This document shows, in pieces, positions 63,576 to 64,000 of a DNA stretch of 64,000 bases (the stretch's first letter is position 1; each line of letters starts with the position of its first letter). Position numbers and translations under genes: made by a program. The stretch is from Escherichia phage humlepung. The stretch lies in sequence record MN850564.1; one strand, given 5' to 3'. The notes under the pieces are model-generated. The model searched no databases and had not been told where the DNA came from. It saw nothing but the letters and a program-made list of their open reading frames with translations.

Positions 63576-64000
63576 GTCTTATCAAATCCCTTATACAACC
63601 CTTTCCCTTTCCTTTCCAGAATCTTATCAGACCTTAAAAAGCAATAACTCTATAGTCTACTCTATAGCCTTTTATCAAATCAACTTAAATATAAGCCCAT
63701 AACCCGAAAGGGAAGGGCAACCGTTTAAACGCTCTATAAAGCTCTATAACAGCCTTATCAACCTAACTTAAGGGATTGCATTAACTCACCCTAAAAAGCC
63801 CTTTATAAAGCTTCCCAGAGACTTAAAAGAATCTTATAAGGGTGTAAGCTTTATTATCTCGTTAGCTATCTTGTGAACTACTAAACAAGCCCCTTGATAG
63901 TAACTGAAAAGTATGTTATAGGGGCTTTAAAGTTACTTTGAAGTGGCTTAAAAGTTACGTAAATGCTAGCCCCCTTAACATTTTCTTAACAATTTCTTAA
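63576..64000. repeat. non-coding repeat-rich region (CTTATCA x5, CTCTATA x4, AAGTTAC x2)
   Basis: No ORF of 60 aa or more on either strand; short direct repeats and pyrimidine-rich tracts. Confidence 0.5.

Noticed and set aside
57761-63580. Possible CRISPR array, because of regularly repeated elements
   Set aside because: The repeats are 60-90 bp, of two families, and contain promoters and ribosome-binding sites; the intervening 'spacers' are 200-540 bp protein-coding ORFs of variable length. No 25-40 bp direct repeats with uniform spacers are present.

Overview
This window reads as a contiguous segment of a large virulent, contractile-tailed dsDNA phage genome with about 39% GC and no host genes, integrase or tRNAs. 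Gene content is reminiscent of Felix O1-like (Ounavirinae) myoviruses, but that is from memory and not from any search. Layout: (1) 1-17951, plus strand: structural module running capsid, connector, sheath, tube, chaperones with a candidate -1 frameshift, tape measure, baseplate and two His-box tail fibres. (2) 17988-27466, minus strand: thymidylate synthase, DHFR, small early proteins, a lipoprotein, ATP-dependent DNA ligase, an HNH-AP2 homing endonuclease and a family A DNA polymerase. (3) 27724-57331, plus strand: replication and nucleotide metabolism (dNMP kinase, primase-helicase, SSB-like, 5-prime-3-prime exonuclease, class I NrdAB plus NrdH, class III NrdDG, rIIA/rIIB), an adjacent Prs-like plus NAMPT-like pair that fits the NARP1 NAD+ reconstitution pathway, three more freestanding homing endonucleases, an overlapped spanin-like pair and a macro-domain protein. 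(4) 57332-63580: an iteron-like repeat block followed by 13 small genes, each preceded by one of two families of repeated intergenic cassettes (six promoter plus 5-prime hairpin plus conserved leader; five palindrome plus hairpin plus the same leader). This cassette array is the most unusual structure in the window and the best candidate for a modular host-takeover or anti-defence locus. (5) 63576-64000: repeat-rich non-coding DNA. All calls rest on reading the sequence, motif recognition and gene order; no database search was run. The ORF track uses TTG/GTG as M in several places, so several starts were moved to an ATG with a Shine-Dalgarno.
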